NCBI GenBank assembly: GCA_038869735.1
Contig: JAWCQO010000003.1
Location: forward strand, 22,353-86,352
From: Candidatus Anstonellales archaeon
GTDB lineage: Archaea > Micrarchaeota > Micrarchaeia > Anstonellales > CG1-02-47-40
Reading direction: 5' to 3'
Length of the DNA stretch: 64,000 bases
Part shown: positions 48,311-58,216 of the stretch, in pieces
Layout of the letters: each line of letters opens with the position of its first letter
Position numbering within the stretch: the stretch's first letter is position 1
The notes under the pieces: generated by a model
What the model was told of the DNA's origin: nothing
Databases searched by the model: none
The model's input: only the letters and a program-made list of their open reading frames with translations
Program-made: the position numbers and the translations under genes

Positions 48311-49302
48311 ATATGTACAGCTTCGCTGACTTTTACAGGGGAAAGCGCATCCTTATAACAGGAGGACTTGGCTTCATAGGAAGCAACCTGTCTATCCGTC
48401 TCTGCCAGTTTGGTTCAAAGGTACATATACTAAACAAAAAACCGACAAATCCTTCTCAGGCCGCATTCAACATAGAACCCGTGAAAAACCAGGTGATAGT
48501 GACCTATTCCGATACAAATGATTTCCAGACGCTTGATGAATGCGTTCAGGAGAAGGATATAATCTTTCATCTTGCCGGAAGAGGGAGCCACGTTGATAGT
48601 ATACTTGACCCAATCGGAGACGCAAGTGCAAACGCGCTGTCTGCACTTTATCTTCTCAAATCAATAATCAAAAAAGAAAAAAAACCAAAGATAATATACT
48701 CCGGTACAAGAGGGCAGTACGGTAACGCCAAAACCTTACCTGTTAACGAGGACCATCCAAAACAACCTGTCGACATTAACGGAATAAACAAGCAGGCAGC
48801 CGAAGATTATCTCCTTCTTTATTCTAGAATTGGTGCCATACGCGCGTGTTCACTTAGAATGGGCAACATATATGGGCCGCGAATGCAGATGCAAAATCCA
48901 AACCAAGGATTTATATCCTGGTTTATACGTCTTGCGATAGACAACAAATGTTTAAATGTTTTTGGTTCCGGGTCTCAGAGGAGAGACTTTACATACATAG
49001 ATGACTTAATTGATGCTCTACTACTTTGTGGAATGAGTGATAGCACCGACTCTGAAGCTTATAACGTCGGTGGCGACGTTTATAGTGTTCTAGAAGTAGC
49101 AAAACTCATCGTAGAAGTTGCAGGAAGCGGTTCTGTTAGCATAACCCCCTACGCCGAAGGGCACAAAAAGGTGGAAGTTGGAGATTTTGTTCCTGACGTC
49201 TCAAAAATTAATAAGCTTGGCTGGAAACCTAAAACACCTTTCAAGGAGGGGTTAAAAATGACAATTGATTACTATAGAAAATATAAAGAGTTTTATTGGT
49301 GA
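48307..49302 (+). CDS. Extended SDR epimerase/dehydratase with atypical active site (NxxxK)
   Basis: TGGLGFIG, FHLAG, NGINK where YxxxK is expected, NIYGP, RDF.YIDD. Confidence 0.85.
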   Translation: MNMYSFADFYRGKRILITGGLGFIGSNLSIRLCQFGSKVHILNKKPTNPSQAAFNIEPVKNQVIVTYSDTNDFQTLDECVQEKDIIFHLAGRGSHVDSILDPIGDASANALSALYLLKSIIKKEKKPKIIYSGTRGQYGNAKTLPVNEDHPKQPVDINGINKQAAEDYLLLYSRIGAIRACSLRMGNIYGPRMQMQNPNQGFISWFIRLAIDNKCLNVFGSGSQRRDFTYIDDLIDALLLCGMSDSTDSEAYNVGGDVYSVLEVAKLIVEVAGSGSVSITPYAEGHKKVEVGDFVPDVSKINKLGWKPKTPFKEGLKMTIDYYRKYKEFYW

Positions 49303-49306
49303 CTGA

Positions 49307-50398
49307 ATGGTTCCATACATTGATTTAAAGACAGAATATTTATCAATAAAAAACGAGATAGAAAAAGCAATCTTTTCAGTTCTTGAGAATTCAAAGTTCG
49401 TACTTAGTGACAACGTCTCGAGTTTTGAGCGTGAGTTTTCGTCTTACATAGGAACAAAATATTGTGTTGGGACTGGCAACGGATTGGATGCACTTCGCTT
49501 TGCGCTCCTCTCTATTGGAATAAAAGCAGGCGATGAAGTCATCTGCGTTTCTAATTCTGCATTTGCCTCAGCGCTGTGTGTTTCAACAATAGGTGCCAAA
49601 CCAATCTTTGCAGATGTAGAATACGACACGCATAATATGGACCCCTCCGATATACGGAGAAGAATAACCAAAAAGACAAAAGCGATCGTCCCCGTTCATC
49701 TTTATGGACAAACCGCAGATATGGACCCTATACTGGAGATTGCAGATGAGCACAACCTCCTAGTGGTTGAGGATGCATGCCAAGCTCATGGAGCAGAGTA
49801 CAAAGGAAAAAAGGCCGGTTCAATTGGACAGGTAGGGTGCTTTTCGTTTTACCCTACAAAAAACCTTGGTTGTTATGGGGACGGAGGAGCTGTACTAACT
49901 AACGATTACGAGATTGCAGAAAAAGTAAAAATGTTACGCAATTATGGACAGATAAATCGCTATGAGCACGAGATAGAAGGTTTTAACTCACGTCTTGACG
50001 AGTTGCAAGCCGCAATCTTAAGGGTAAAACTTAGACACCTTGACAGGTGGAATGAAAAAAGAAGGTCGACTGCACGAAGATACAGCGAGCTTATAAGTCA
50101 CAAAGACATTACTTGTCCAAATGAAAAAGAATACGCAAAGCACGTGTACCACATATACGCTATAAAATCTGCAAAGCGCGATAGTCTTATGGAGCATCTT
50201 AAGCGTGCAGGAATTTCAACCATCATACATTACCCTATTCCTGCTCACCTCCAAAAAGCATATGCACATCTTGAGATTCCAAAAGGCTCACTTCCAGTTA
50301 CAGAGAAGGTCTGTTCAGAGGAGCTTTCACTTCCTATGCACCCATTCTTAACAGATGAGCAAATAGAAGAAGTCTCTTCAGCCATAAATTCTTTCTGA
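49307..50398 (+). CDS. DegT/DnrJ/EryC1/StrS PLP aminotransferase
   Basis: [45 protein letters not shown]. Confidence 0.95.
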   Translation: MVPYIDLKTEYLSIKNEIEKAIFSVLENSKFVLSDNVSSFEREFSSYIGTKYCVGTGNGLDALRFALLSIGIKAGDEVICVSNSAFASALCVSTIGAKPIFADVEYDTHNMDPSDIRRRITKKTKAIVPVHLYGQTADMDPILEIADEHNLLVVEDACQAHGAEYKGKKAGSIGQVGCFSFYPTKNLGCYGDGGAVLTNDYEIAEKVKMLRNYGQINRYEHEIEGFNSRLDELQAAILRVKLRHLDRWNEKRRSTARRYSELISHKDITCPNEKEYAKHVYHIYAIKSAKRDSLMEHLKRAGISTIIHYPIPAHLQKAYAHLEIPKGSLPVTEKVCSEELSLPMHPFLTDEQIEEVSSAINSF

Positions 50399-50401
50399 GC
50401 G

Positions 50402-51538
50402 GTGAATTCGATGAAGATATCCATCCCACTTCGAGCCTTCCACAATTACGGTGGAATATCAAGGTGCATCTGGGAGCTTTCCAAAAATTATTCTCATTCA
50501 CACGAAGTCCACATTTTTTCAAGCCAGTTTGAATCCCCTCCATTTAAAGTATCCCACCATCCCGTTTTTTCGTTTTCGTCTCCCCCCTTCCTTGCTGAGC
50601 TTTCTTTTGCAATCAACTCTCAAAAGGCTTTGGATTCATTTTTTTCCGATATTGTGTATTCTCCAGCTACAGCATGCTATAAAGCAGATGTCTTTACTGC
50701 AAACTCTTGCCATAAGGCAGCAGTCGAGCTCTTTTCACAACAAAGAGGCCATATGTACTCTTTTTTAAAGGCGCTTGAACCAAAATCTCGCATTGTTATT
50801 GAAATAGAAAAACGCAATTATCAACAAGATAACTACCAAAAAATAACTGCCATATCAAAGCGCACAAAAGAGGAACTGATGCAATACTATAACGTTCCCG
50901 CAGATGACATAGTCGTGATCTATCCTGGAGTAGATACAGACATCTTTAAGCCATCGACAAAAAGTCGCATTTTGATACGCAAAAAATATTCCATTCCAGC
51001 CAACATCCCCATCCTTCTTTTTTGCGGTCATGAGTTCAAGAGAAAAGGCCTTGCTCAGCTAATAACCGCACTTGCAAAAGTAAAGCGAGACTGGAGGCTT
51101 ATAGTAATTGGTGGCGACAAAAAAGACTACTATGAAAATCTTGCTCGGAAACATAAGATTTTAGACAAAATACTATTCTTAGGCTTTGTTAAAAGCCTTG
51201 CAGACGTTTTCAATGGTTCTGATGTTTTTGTTTTTCCTACAACCTATGAACCTTATGGAATGGTAATAACAGAGGCACTATCCTCCGGCCTTCCAGTTGT
51301 TACTTCAAAAATTGCAGGAGCGGCTGAGCTTATGACTCATGGCAAAGAAGGCTTTCTTCTTGACGATCCCTTTGATATCTTAGGCATTTCAGAATACATA
51401 GACACCCTTCTAGCTGACGAGAAATTAAGAAAAAGAATGGGAAAATATGCCAGGAATACGGCTACAAAATATAACTGGAAGAAAATATCTATGCAAATGA
51501 TGAGCGTTTTTGAAAAAGTAATAAATGAAAAAAGGTGA
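50402..51538 (+). CDS. GT4 glycosyltransferase
   Basis: GG.SR, RKGL, PTTYEPYGMV..EALSSG.PV. Confidence 0.92.
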   Translation: MNSMKISIPLRAFHNYGGISRCIWELSKNYSHSHEVHIFSSQFESPPFKVSHHPVFSFSSPPFLAELSFAINSQKALDSFFSDIVYSPATACYKADVFTANSCHKAAVELFSQQRGHMYSFLKALEPKSRIVIEIEKRNYQQDNYQKITAISKRTKEELMQYYNVPADDIVVIYPGVDTDIFKPSTKSRILIRKKYSIPANIPILLFCGHEFKRKGLAQLITALAKVKRDWRLIVIGGDKKDYYENLARKHKILDKILFLGFVKSLADVFNGSDVFVFPTTYEPYGMVITEALSSGLPVVTSKIAGAAELMTHGKEGFLLDDPFDILGISEYIDTLLADEKLRKRMGKYARNTATKYNWKKISMQMMSVFEKVINEKR

Positions 51539-51547
51539 CAAAGGCTT

Positions 51548-52708
51548 TCAACCATTTGTCTTCTTCTTAATTAAATCTAGACATACCTCCTCGTATCTTT
51601 TCATAAATAAATCCCAGTTGAATCTTTTGTAGCAAAACTCTTTTCCCTCCCTTCCCATCTTCTTTGCCATCTCACTGTTGGTAGCAAGCAGTTCCATTTT
51701 TCTGCTCATTTCTTCTTCATTTTCAACTAGAAAACCAGTCTTTCCGTCGATTATGGTTTCTGTTGGTCCACCTTCCTTTACGGCGATGCAAGGTTTAAGA
51801 GAAGCTGCGCTCTCTACTGGAATAAGTCCAAAATCCTCATTTAGCGGGGTATAGAGAGTTGCCGTACAGTTTGCATACAACTCATAAATCTCACTGTCTT
51901 CGACATTTAGCTTTATCTCTCCCGCGTTGCCTAAGAGGTTTTTGATTTTCTCGTAGTATCTGACATGCTCTTCTCTGTTTTGCAGAAGCGAGCCGGCAAT
52001 TATTAACCTCCATTCAGGATGCTTTTCCCTAAATTTGAGAAATGCCTTAATTGCAAATTCATATCTTTTTTCAGGGGTAATCCTTGAAGGATAAAGAAAG
52101 TATGGTTCAAAGTTCTTACAACTGTATCTTTCAAATTGTACGCCAGAGTACAAAACTTCACTATCCCTATGAAGATACTTTCTAATTCTTTCCTTTACAG
52201 CTTTACTATTTGCAAACACGTGCTCTATTTTAGGAACAATCGAAGATTCGACCGACCTAAAAACAGCAGCGCTTCCTGCAAAAAGCATTTTTTGCCATAT
52301 ATCCCGTTGTCTCATCCTCCATTCATACAAATCGTAAATTTCTCGTGCAGGGGAGTGACAATACCAGACCATTGGAAAGTTATGTCTTCGTCCCCATTCG
52401 GAAGGAGAACTCGAAGCTCCAAAAACGTCAAATTCTCCTTTTTTTAATTTTAAATTGTAAAAGGTAACCCCCGAAGAAAAACCGTCATACAACCTTTTTG
52501 GGAGTACCTTGCTCCACAGAGGCCTCTTACCTTTAAGAGGCCTTATATCTACTTTTTCGAGTTCTGGAAAGGTAGATTCTCGGTTATATGAAATACAAAA
52601 GATAGTGGCATCAAATCTCTCAGCAATCCTCAACATGCATTTTTCAGCACCACCTTTAACTTCAAAAAAAGGGTGAAAGATTGCCAATGAAAACTTTTTA
52701 ACAGCCAT
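51548..52708 (-). CDS. GT4 glycosyltransferase, ALG2/WbaZ-like
   Basis: FHP...KGGAE, WYCHSP, SRI...KR, LYTPLNEDFGL.P.E, GGP.ET. Confidence 0.88.
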   Translation of the reverse strand: MAVKKFSLAIFHPFFEVKGGAEKCMLRIAERFDATIFCISYNRESTFPELEKVDIRPLKGKRPLWSKVLPKRLYDGFSSGVTFYNLKLKKGEFDVFGASSSPSEWGRRHNFPMVWYCHSPAREIYDLYEWRMRQRDIWQKMLFAGSAAVFRSVESSIVPKIEHVFANSKAVKERIRKYLHRDSEVLYSGVQFERYSCKNFEPYFLYPSRITPEKRYEFAIKAFLKFREKHPEWRLIIAGSLLQNREEHVRYYEKIKNLLGNAGEIKLNVEDSEIYELYANCTATLYTPLNEDFGLIPVESAASLKPCIAVKEGGPTETIIDGKTGFLVENEEEMSRKMELLATNSEMAKKMGREGKEFCYKRFNWDLFMKRYEEVCLDLIKKKTNG

Positions 52709-52725
52709 CTAAAAAACCTCATTCT

Positions 52726-53274
52726 CTAATTGCGGCCAGTAATTTTTTTTGCAGCTTCAAGTAGGCTACTTGCTTCCATATGGGGTTTTATCTTGTATGC
52801 TCCGTCCCTTCCTCCAAGACCTGTCCTAACAAGCACAGTGATGCATCCGGCATCGCGCCCCATCTTTATATCCTTGGTGCTATCGCCTATAACATATGAA
52901 TGTTTCAAGTCGATGTCAAATTCTCGCGCAGCATCTAAAATAAAGTGGGTTTTTGGTTTTCTACATTTGCAATTATCAGATTCAAGATGGAGACAATAAT
53001 AAATGCGTTGAACATTTATTCCATTGTTTTTAAATGTCTCTTCCATATGCTTATCAATTTCTTTAAGATTCTCCAATTTAACTTCCCCCTTTGGAACTCC
53101 TTGCTGGTTGCTTACAATAAAGAGAAGATAGCCGCATTGATAAAGCATCCTCATTGCTCGCAACGACCCTGGAATAAAGTAGAACTCATCTCGGCTTTTT
53201 ACATATCCTTCCCTATTCTCGTTTATGACACCATCCCTGTCAAGAAAAACAGCAACTCTTTTTTTTACTCTCAC
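52726..53274 (-). CDS. gmhB: Heptose-1,7-bisphosphate phosphatase (HAD, GmhB/HisB-N family)
   Basis: FLDRDGVIN, SNQ.G, C.H....C.CRKP zinc motif, IGD...D. Confidence 0.9.
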   Translation of the reverse strand: MRVKKRVAVFLDRDGVINENREGYVKSRDEFYFIPGSLRAMRMLYQCGYLLFIVSNQQGVPKGEVKLENLKEIDKHMEETFKNNGINVQRIYYCLHLESDNCKCRKPKTHFILDAAREFDIDLKHSYVIGDSTKDIKMGRDAGCITVLVRTGLGGRDGAYKIKPHMEASSLLEAAKKITGRN

Positions 53275-53844
53275 TCAGAGGTCACCCTCAACAATTTCGC
53301 ATATTACATGCCCTATAAATATATGCATTTCTTGAATTCTTTGTGTGTCAGTTGACGGGACATGTATGCACAGATCGCAGATTGTATCCATCTTTCCTTT
53401 CCTCTGACCAGTGAGACCTATACAAAAGCACCCGATTTCCTTTGCCTTTTCCAGACCTAAAATAACATTTTGTGACTCCCCTGACGTTGAGATTCCTATA
53501 ACTACATCTCCTTTTTTTGCCAGCCCTTCGAGTTGGCGAGAAAAGACATTGTCGTATCCAAAATCATTGGCAATAGCTGTAAGCGACGGAACATTTGACA
53601 CAAGAGCCATAGCCGGAAGAGCATGTCTATTTTTGGTAAATCTCCCTACAAATTCGGCTGCGATATGTTGAGCGTCGGAAGCACTTCCTCCATTTCCAAA
53701 TAAAAAAACCCTCCCGCCTTTTTTTATACGTTCTGATATTCTTTTTCCAGCTTCCATCACAACGTCAGAAAGTCCGTTGCTTTCTTGGCGGACAACAATA
53801 CTCTCCCGAAGCCTTTTTAGGTATAGGGTGTCTAAGTCTCCCAT
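53275..53844 (-). CDS. gmhA: Phosphoheptose isomerase (canonical)
   Basis: GNGGSASDAQHIAAE, TAIANDFG, FSRQ, ISTSG.S.N, RIQEMH...H. Confidence 0.93.
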   Translation of the reverse strand: MGDLDTLYLKRLRESIVVRQESNGLSDVVMEAGKRISERIKKGGRVFLFGNGGSASDAQHIAAEFVGRFTKNRHALPAMALVSNVPSLTAIANDFGYDNVFSRQLEGLAKKGDVVIGISTSGESQNVILGLEKAKEIGCFCIGLTGQRKGKMDTICDLCIHVPSTDTQRIQEMHIFIGHVICEIVEGDL

Positions 53845-54857
53845 GTTTCCAATCCCCCAAAGTCAAACCTTATCCATTTCGGCTCCAATCCAAGCCCCTT
53901 TAGTCTTTCTGCTACTTTATGCTCTTTGTTTGGTTCGCAATAAAAAAACATAAACCCTCCTCCACCAGCACCGGAGATTTTCCCTCCAAGTGCACCAGCC
54001 TTCTTCGCTTCTTCATATATCTTATCCACTCTCCTGTTCGTTATAAGCGGACTAAACATCTTTTTTATTTTCCAGCTCTCATCAAGAAGTTTTCCAAATT
54101 CGTTTAAATCCCCTTTCTCAAGAACCTTTCTCATTTCAAGTGCAGTTTCCTTTGCTTTATCCAGCGCCCATACCGTCTCACTTTTTCCATCCGAGTATCT
54201 CTTTATTTGGTCAGCTATTATATCTCCAGAAGACTTTCTTTTAGCTACATAAACCATAACAAGACTTTTCTCGAGTTCAAAAACATGCGCTCGGCTTATT
54301 CTCACCTTATTTACTCTTACTCTTCCTTCTCCAAATTCAAGAAAATTTATTCCCCCAAAAGCTGAAGCGTACTGATCTTGCCTCCCTCCAAAATTTCCAA
54401 GCTCTTCCCTTTCTAACTTTACAGCAAGTTCTGCGATCTCCTGCCTGCTTAATTCGACCCCATTCATACTGTTGAAAAGGCCTATAAGGGCAACAAACGC
54501 GCTTGCTGAACTACCAAGACCTGACTTCGGAGGAACATCGCTTCTAATGTATAACTCGACGCCCCTTTTCCCTCTATTCATTTTTCTTATTACTGCATTT
54601 ACAAGCTCCATTCTGCCATCCATTGCCATTTCATTCTTGTCAGGATGAAAAAGAAGAAGCTCTTGAGCGTATTCCCCATCTTCAATTACAATCCTTTCAT
54701 CCGTTCTAAAAGAACCCGCGGCGTAATTATACCTACTTATAGCTGCGTTTATTACACACCCGCCTTTCTCTTCAGCGTAGGGAGAAACGTCAGTTCCTCC
54801 ACCACCAAAACTTATTCTGACAGGTGCTCTACTTCTATAAGCAATCACGCAGTTCAC
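53832..54857 (-). CDS. hddA: Second heptose-7-phosphate kinase-like GHMP kinase (start may be GTG 54848)
   Basis: APVRISFGGGGTD, PPKSGLGSS, GGRQDQY, GGK.SGAGGGGF. Confidence 0.88.
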   Translation of the reverse strand: MNCVIAYRSRAPVRISFGGGGTDVSPYAEEKGGCVINAAISRYNYAAGSFRTDERIVIEDGEYAQELLLFHPDKNEMAMDGRMELVNAVIRKMNRGKRGVELYIRSDVPPKSGLGSSASAFVALIGLFNSMNGVELSRQEIAELAVKLEREELGNFGGRQDQYASAFGGINFLEFGEGRVRVNKVRISRAHVFELEKSLVMVYVAKRKSSGDIIADQIKRYSDGKSETVWALDKAKETALEMRKVLEKGDLNEFGKLLDESWKIKKMFSPLITNRRVDKIYEEAKKAGALGGKISGAGGGGFMFFYCEPNKEHKVAERLKGLGLEPKWIRFDFGGLETWET

Positions 54858-54859
54858 CG

Positions 54860-55507
54860 CTATGTCTTAACTGTTTTTTTCCAATCATCCAAAAACCTGG
54901 TTATTCCGTCGTCAGTCATCTTGTGCATGAATAGTTTTTCGAATACTTCGGGAGGGACAGTGCAAGCGTCGGCTCCTAACAGCGCTGCTTCTACCACGTG
55001 CATAGGATGTCTCACGCTTGCCACAAGGACTTGTGTCTCAAAATCGTAGTTTGAATAAATTCCCAATATTTCCTCAACAACCCTCATTCCGCTTTCACCC
55101 ATGTCATCCAGTCTTCCAACAAATGGGCTTACGTAAGTAGCACCAGCCTTTGCTGCTATAAGCGCCTGGGCTGCAGAAAACACAAGAGTCACATTTGTGT
55201 CTATCCCTTCACTTTGCAGCTTTTTGACAGCTTTCATCCCTTCAAGGCTCATCGGAACCTTTACCACTACGTTTTTTGCCCACGAGGCAAATAATCTTCC
55301 TTCTTTGACTATCTCCTCACTCTTCATCCCAATACCCTCTACACTAACCGGCCCCTTTACGATGGAGCAAATCTCCTTAACTGCCTTTTCGTGCTCAACA
55401 CCTGCCTTTGCAATCAGCGTCGGGTTTGTTGTAATTCCATCTACCAAACCACTGTTGGCAAGTTTTCTTATTTTTTCTATATCAGCAGTATCTAGAAATA
55501 TCCTCAT
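54860..55507 (-). CDS. tal: Transaldolase (small TalC/MipB type)
   Basis: FLDTA, GITTNP, Schiff-base K83 (VVKVP); E57 and F129 (SPFVGR) match transaldolase rather than FSA (Q/Y). Confidence 0.88.
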   Translation of the reverse strand: MRIFLDTADIEKIRKLANSGLVDGITTNPTLIAKAGVEHEKAVKEICSIVKGPVSVEGIGMKSEEIVKEGRLFASWAKNVVVKVPMSLEGMKAVKKLQSEGIDTNVTLVFSAAQALIAAKAGATYVSPFVGRLDDMGESGMRVVEEILGIYSNYDFETQVLVASVRHPMHVVEAALLGADACTVPPEVFEKLFMHKMTDDGITRFLDDWKKTVKT

Positions 55508-55553
55508 ACGCTACACACCTCCCTACATTCCTTCTTTTTCTGACAAACCAGCT

Positions 55554-56741
55554 TTACGACGCGCTCTTCATGCCTTCTTTTTTCTTAATCAAACTCTTAT
55601 AAACTTTGATATATTCTTTTGCAATGTGTTGCCACGAATACTTCTCCTCTGCTTTCTTTCTGTTTTCTTTTCCAATGCGCAAGCGAAGGTTTTCATCTAG
55701 AAGAAGCGTTTCTATTCCCTCTACCATCTCCTCTGGAGTTGAGAAAAGAATCGCATTCTTTCCATGCTCTAACAGCTCCTCTATCCAAGAAAGCTTTGTT
55801 GCTACAATAGGCTTTCCTGCACCCATATATTCTAATATTTTTATCGGGCAGAACCCGTACGGCTCAGCTGGGTTTAATGCTTCATGAAAAGGAGCAAGGC
55901 AAATATCTGCCATTCCCAGATACAGCGGCAGTTCTTTGTCAGCGATTCTTCCGGCAAAAATTACGTTTGACGGAGCTTTGCTCTTAATCCTTTCAATGTA
56001 GTCTATATATTTTTCAATTCCTCCAACAATCACAAACCTTGCCTCAGGAAATTCCTTTTCAATCCTCGTGGCAGAATAGACTATGCTATCAAGGCCATGT
56101 CTCGGGCCAAGGCCTCCCACAATCTCAATTACGGGTCCTGTGATATCAAGCGATTTTTTTAGCTTCTCAACAGCTCTCTTGCTACTCATACCAAATCTTT
56201 TGACATCCACACCGTTTGGGATAACATAAAAGTTCTTTTTTATTCCATGCCTTTCTAATGCCTTTTTGGTAACTTCTGATACACAACATATTGCATCGGC
56301 TCTTGAGAGAAAGAACTTTGCCCACAATATTCTGGGGTAGTACTGCACTGCCGGCTTCACTGCGTCTGTAAGTATTCCTCCCCTCCTCTCAAATGAGAAT
56401 GGATTAAAATTTATTTCAGCAACAAGCGGAACACCGGCTTTCTTTGCTGCAAAAGTTGAAAAGCCGCTCCCTGGGTCCATTCTCTTGTGGATTACATCTA
56501 TCCCCTCTTTCTTGCAGATTTCAACTATCTTCCAAATGGTATTATATGAAAGGAGGGGTCTGGGGAATTTCGTATTAACTGGATGCACCTTTGCGCCTCC
56601 GATGCTTTTTTCTGTGCTATCCGCAATGATATGTACCTCAACTCCAGCTTCGGTTAGAGCCTTTGCAAATTCCATGTGATGAGCTGCAGCTCCTTCAAAA
56701 CCAGGTATCTTAACCCATTGGGCTACAATAAGAACCTTCAT
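55554..56741 (-). CDS. GT4 glycosyltransferase
   Basis: G...H, PNGVD, CPIKILEYMGAG.P.V. Confidence 0.9.
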   Translation of the reverse strand: MKVLIVAQWVKIPGFEGAAAHHMEFAKALTEAGVEVHIIADSTEKSIGGAKVHPVNTKFPRPLLSYNTIWKIVEICKKEGIDVIHKRMDPGSGFSTFAAKKAGVPLVAEINFNPFSFERRGGILTDAVKPAVQYYPRILWAKFFLSRADAICCVSEVTKKALERHGIKKNFYVIPNGVDVKRFGMSSKRAVEKLKKSLDITGPVIEIVGGLGPRHGLDSIVYSATRIEKEFPEARFVIVGGIEKYIDYIERIKSKAPSNVIFAGRIADKELPLYLGMADICLAPFHEALNPAEPYGFCPIKILEYMGAGKPIVATKLSWIEELLEHGKNAILFSTPEEMVEGIETLLLDENLRLRIGKENRKKAEEKYSWQHIAKEYIKVYKSLIKKKEGMKSAS

Positions 56742-56813
56742 AATAGACTTAATTCAAAAAGATCAAATTTAAACCATTATCCTACAAATAAATCGGCATC
56801 TAAGGTGCTATTA

Positions 56814-58205
56814 ATGGCCAAATATTTTGGGACTAATGGCATACGTGGTCTTTACGACTTTCTGACTCCACATTTTGCGCTAAAGGCAGCTTTTGCTTTC
56901 TCACAGTGGACCAAAGAAAAAATCAGCAGTAGAGCAAAAAAAGTCAGGATTGGTATAGGGAGAGACATGCGCATTACTTCTCCATCTCTTCACTCCGCTT
57001 GCATAGCAGGTATTCTTGCTTCAGGTTCAGATGCAATCAACATGGGCTTAGTTTCCTCTCCAACAGCAGAATTAATGATTAAACGCCTCAATTTGTCCGG
57101 TCTAATAATAGTGACTGCTTCTCACAATCCGGCAGAATGGAATGCACTCAAATTTGTTGATTGGAACGGAGTAGCAATCTCAAAAGAGCGCGGAGCTGAA
57201 ATAGAATATTTGATAGACAAATACAACACGATTCCGGCTACTCCCCAATCTGGAAAAATGTTCGACTACAAAGCTGCAACAGAGCAGCACATCTCCCTTG
57301 CCTTGAAGAAAATAAACACTAAGTCTATACAAAAACGAACTCCTCACATAATAGTTGATTGTGGAAACGGTACTGCCGCCTTAATTGCACCACGGCTTTT
57401 TACTCTCCTTGGTTGCCAAGTACACACTATAAATGGAAAAATTGATGGGACCTTTCCAGGACGCCAATCCGAGCCGACCCAAGAAAACATTCGAGGCCTC
57501 CTTTTAGAGGTAAAAGAAAAGAAGGCAGATATTGGAATTGCATATGATGGAGATGCTGACAGAGTGATATTTGTAGATGAGAAGGGAATTTTTGTATCAG
57601 GTGACATGAGCTTTGCTCTTTCCGCAAGGCTTGCTTTGGAACAGAGCAGCTCAAAATCTAGTAAGGTTGTAGTTACGACAGTGGCTACAACCAACGCAGT
57701 CCGTGATATCTGCGTACAATATGGAGCCAAGCTCCACTACACCAAAGTTGGAGCGCCGTATCTTTCAGAAGAGACGTATAAGACAGCCGCCATTTCCGCA
57801 GGAGAGGAAGTTGGCGGCATCATCTGGCCATCATTCTCATTAGCAAAAGATGGAATTTTTGCTGCAGCAAAAATAATAGAGGCTATATGTGAGAAGGAGA
57901 CTACCCTTTCAGCACTTCTAAAACAGATTCCGATATATTATAGCTCAAAAACAAAAGTGCCCTGCAAGCCAGGAATAAACAAAACAAAAGTTATAGAAGA
58001 GATTGCTACGTACTTTCAGCTTCAACATTTCACTCCCAACACCCTCGATGGAGTTCGAATTGATTATAAAGATTCTTGGTCAATTATAAGGGCCTCTGGA
58101 ACCGAAAACTATTTTCGCGTGTTTGCAGAGGCAAAAAGCCAAAAAGAAGCAGATGAACTGATGGAAAGACACAAGAAATTACTTCAGGAATTAATCAACA
58201 AGTGA
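56814..58205 (+). CDS. Phosphohexomutase (PMM/PGM/GlmM family)
   Basis: Start ATG 56814 (YFGTNGIRG); TASHNP phosphoserine loop, DGDADR metal loop, GEE.GG, RASGTE. Confidence 0.93.
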   Translation: MAKYFGTNGIRGLYDFLTPHFALKAAFAFSQWTKEKISSRAKKVRIGIGRDMRITSPSLHSACIAGILASGSDAINMGLVSSPTAELMIKRLNLSGLIIVTASHNPAEWNALKFVDWNGVAISKERGAEIEYLIDKYNTIPATPQSGKMFDYKAATEQHISLALKKINTKSIQKRTPHIIVDCGNGTAALIAPRLFTLLGCQVHTINGKIDGTFPGRQSEPTQENIRGLLLEVKEKKADIGIAYDGDADRVIFVDEKGIFVSGDMSFALSARLALEQSSSKSSKVVVTTVATTNAVRDICVQYGAKLHYTKVGAPYLSEETYKTAAISAGEEVGGIIWPSFSLAKDGIFAAAKIIEAICEKETTLSALLKQIPIYYSSKTKVPCKPGINKTKVIEEIATYFQLQHFTPNTLDGVRIDYKDSWSIIRASGTENYFRVFAEAKSQKEADELMERHKKLLQELINK

Positions 58206-58216
58206 GTGGCGATTAT

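Noticed and set aside
36014-56813. Long N-terminal extensions in the ORF track (36014, 36087, 38275, 45345, 48247, 56676)
   Set aside because: Downstream ATGs match family N-termini and remove overlaps with divergent or upstream genes
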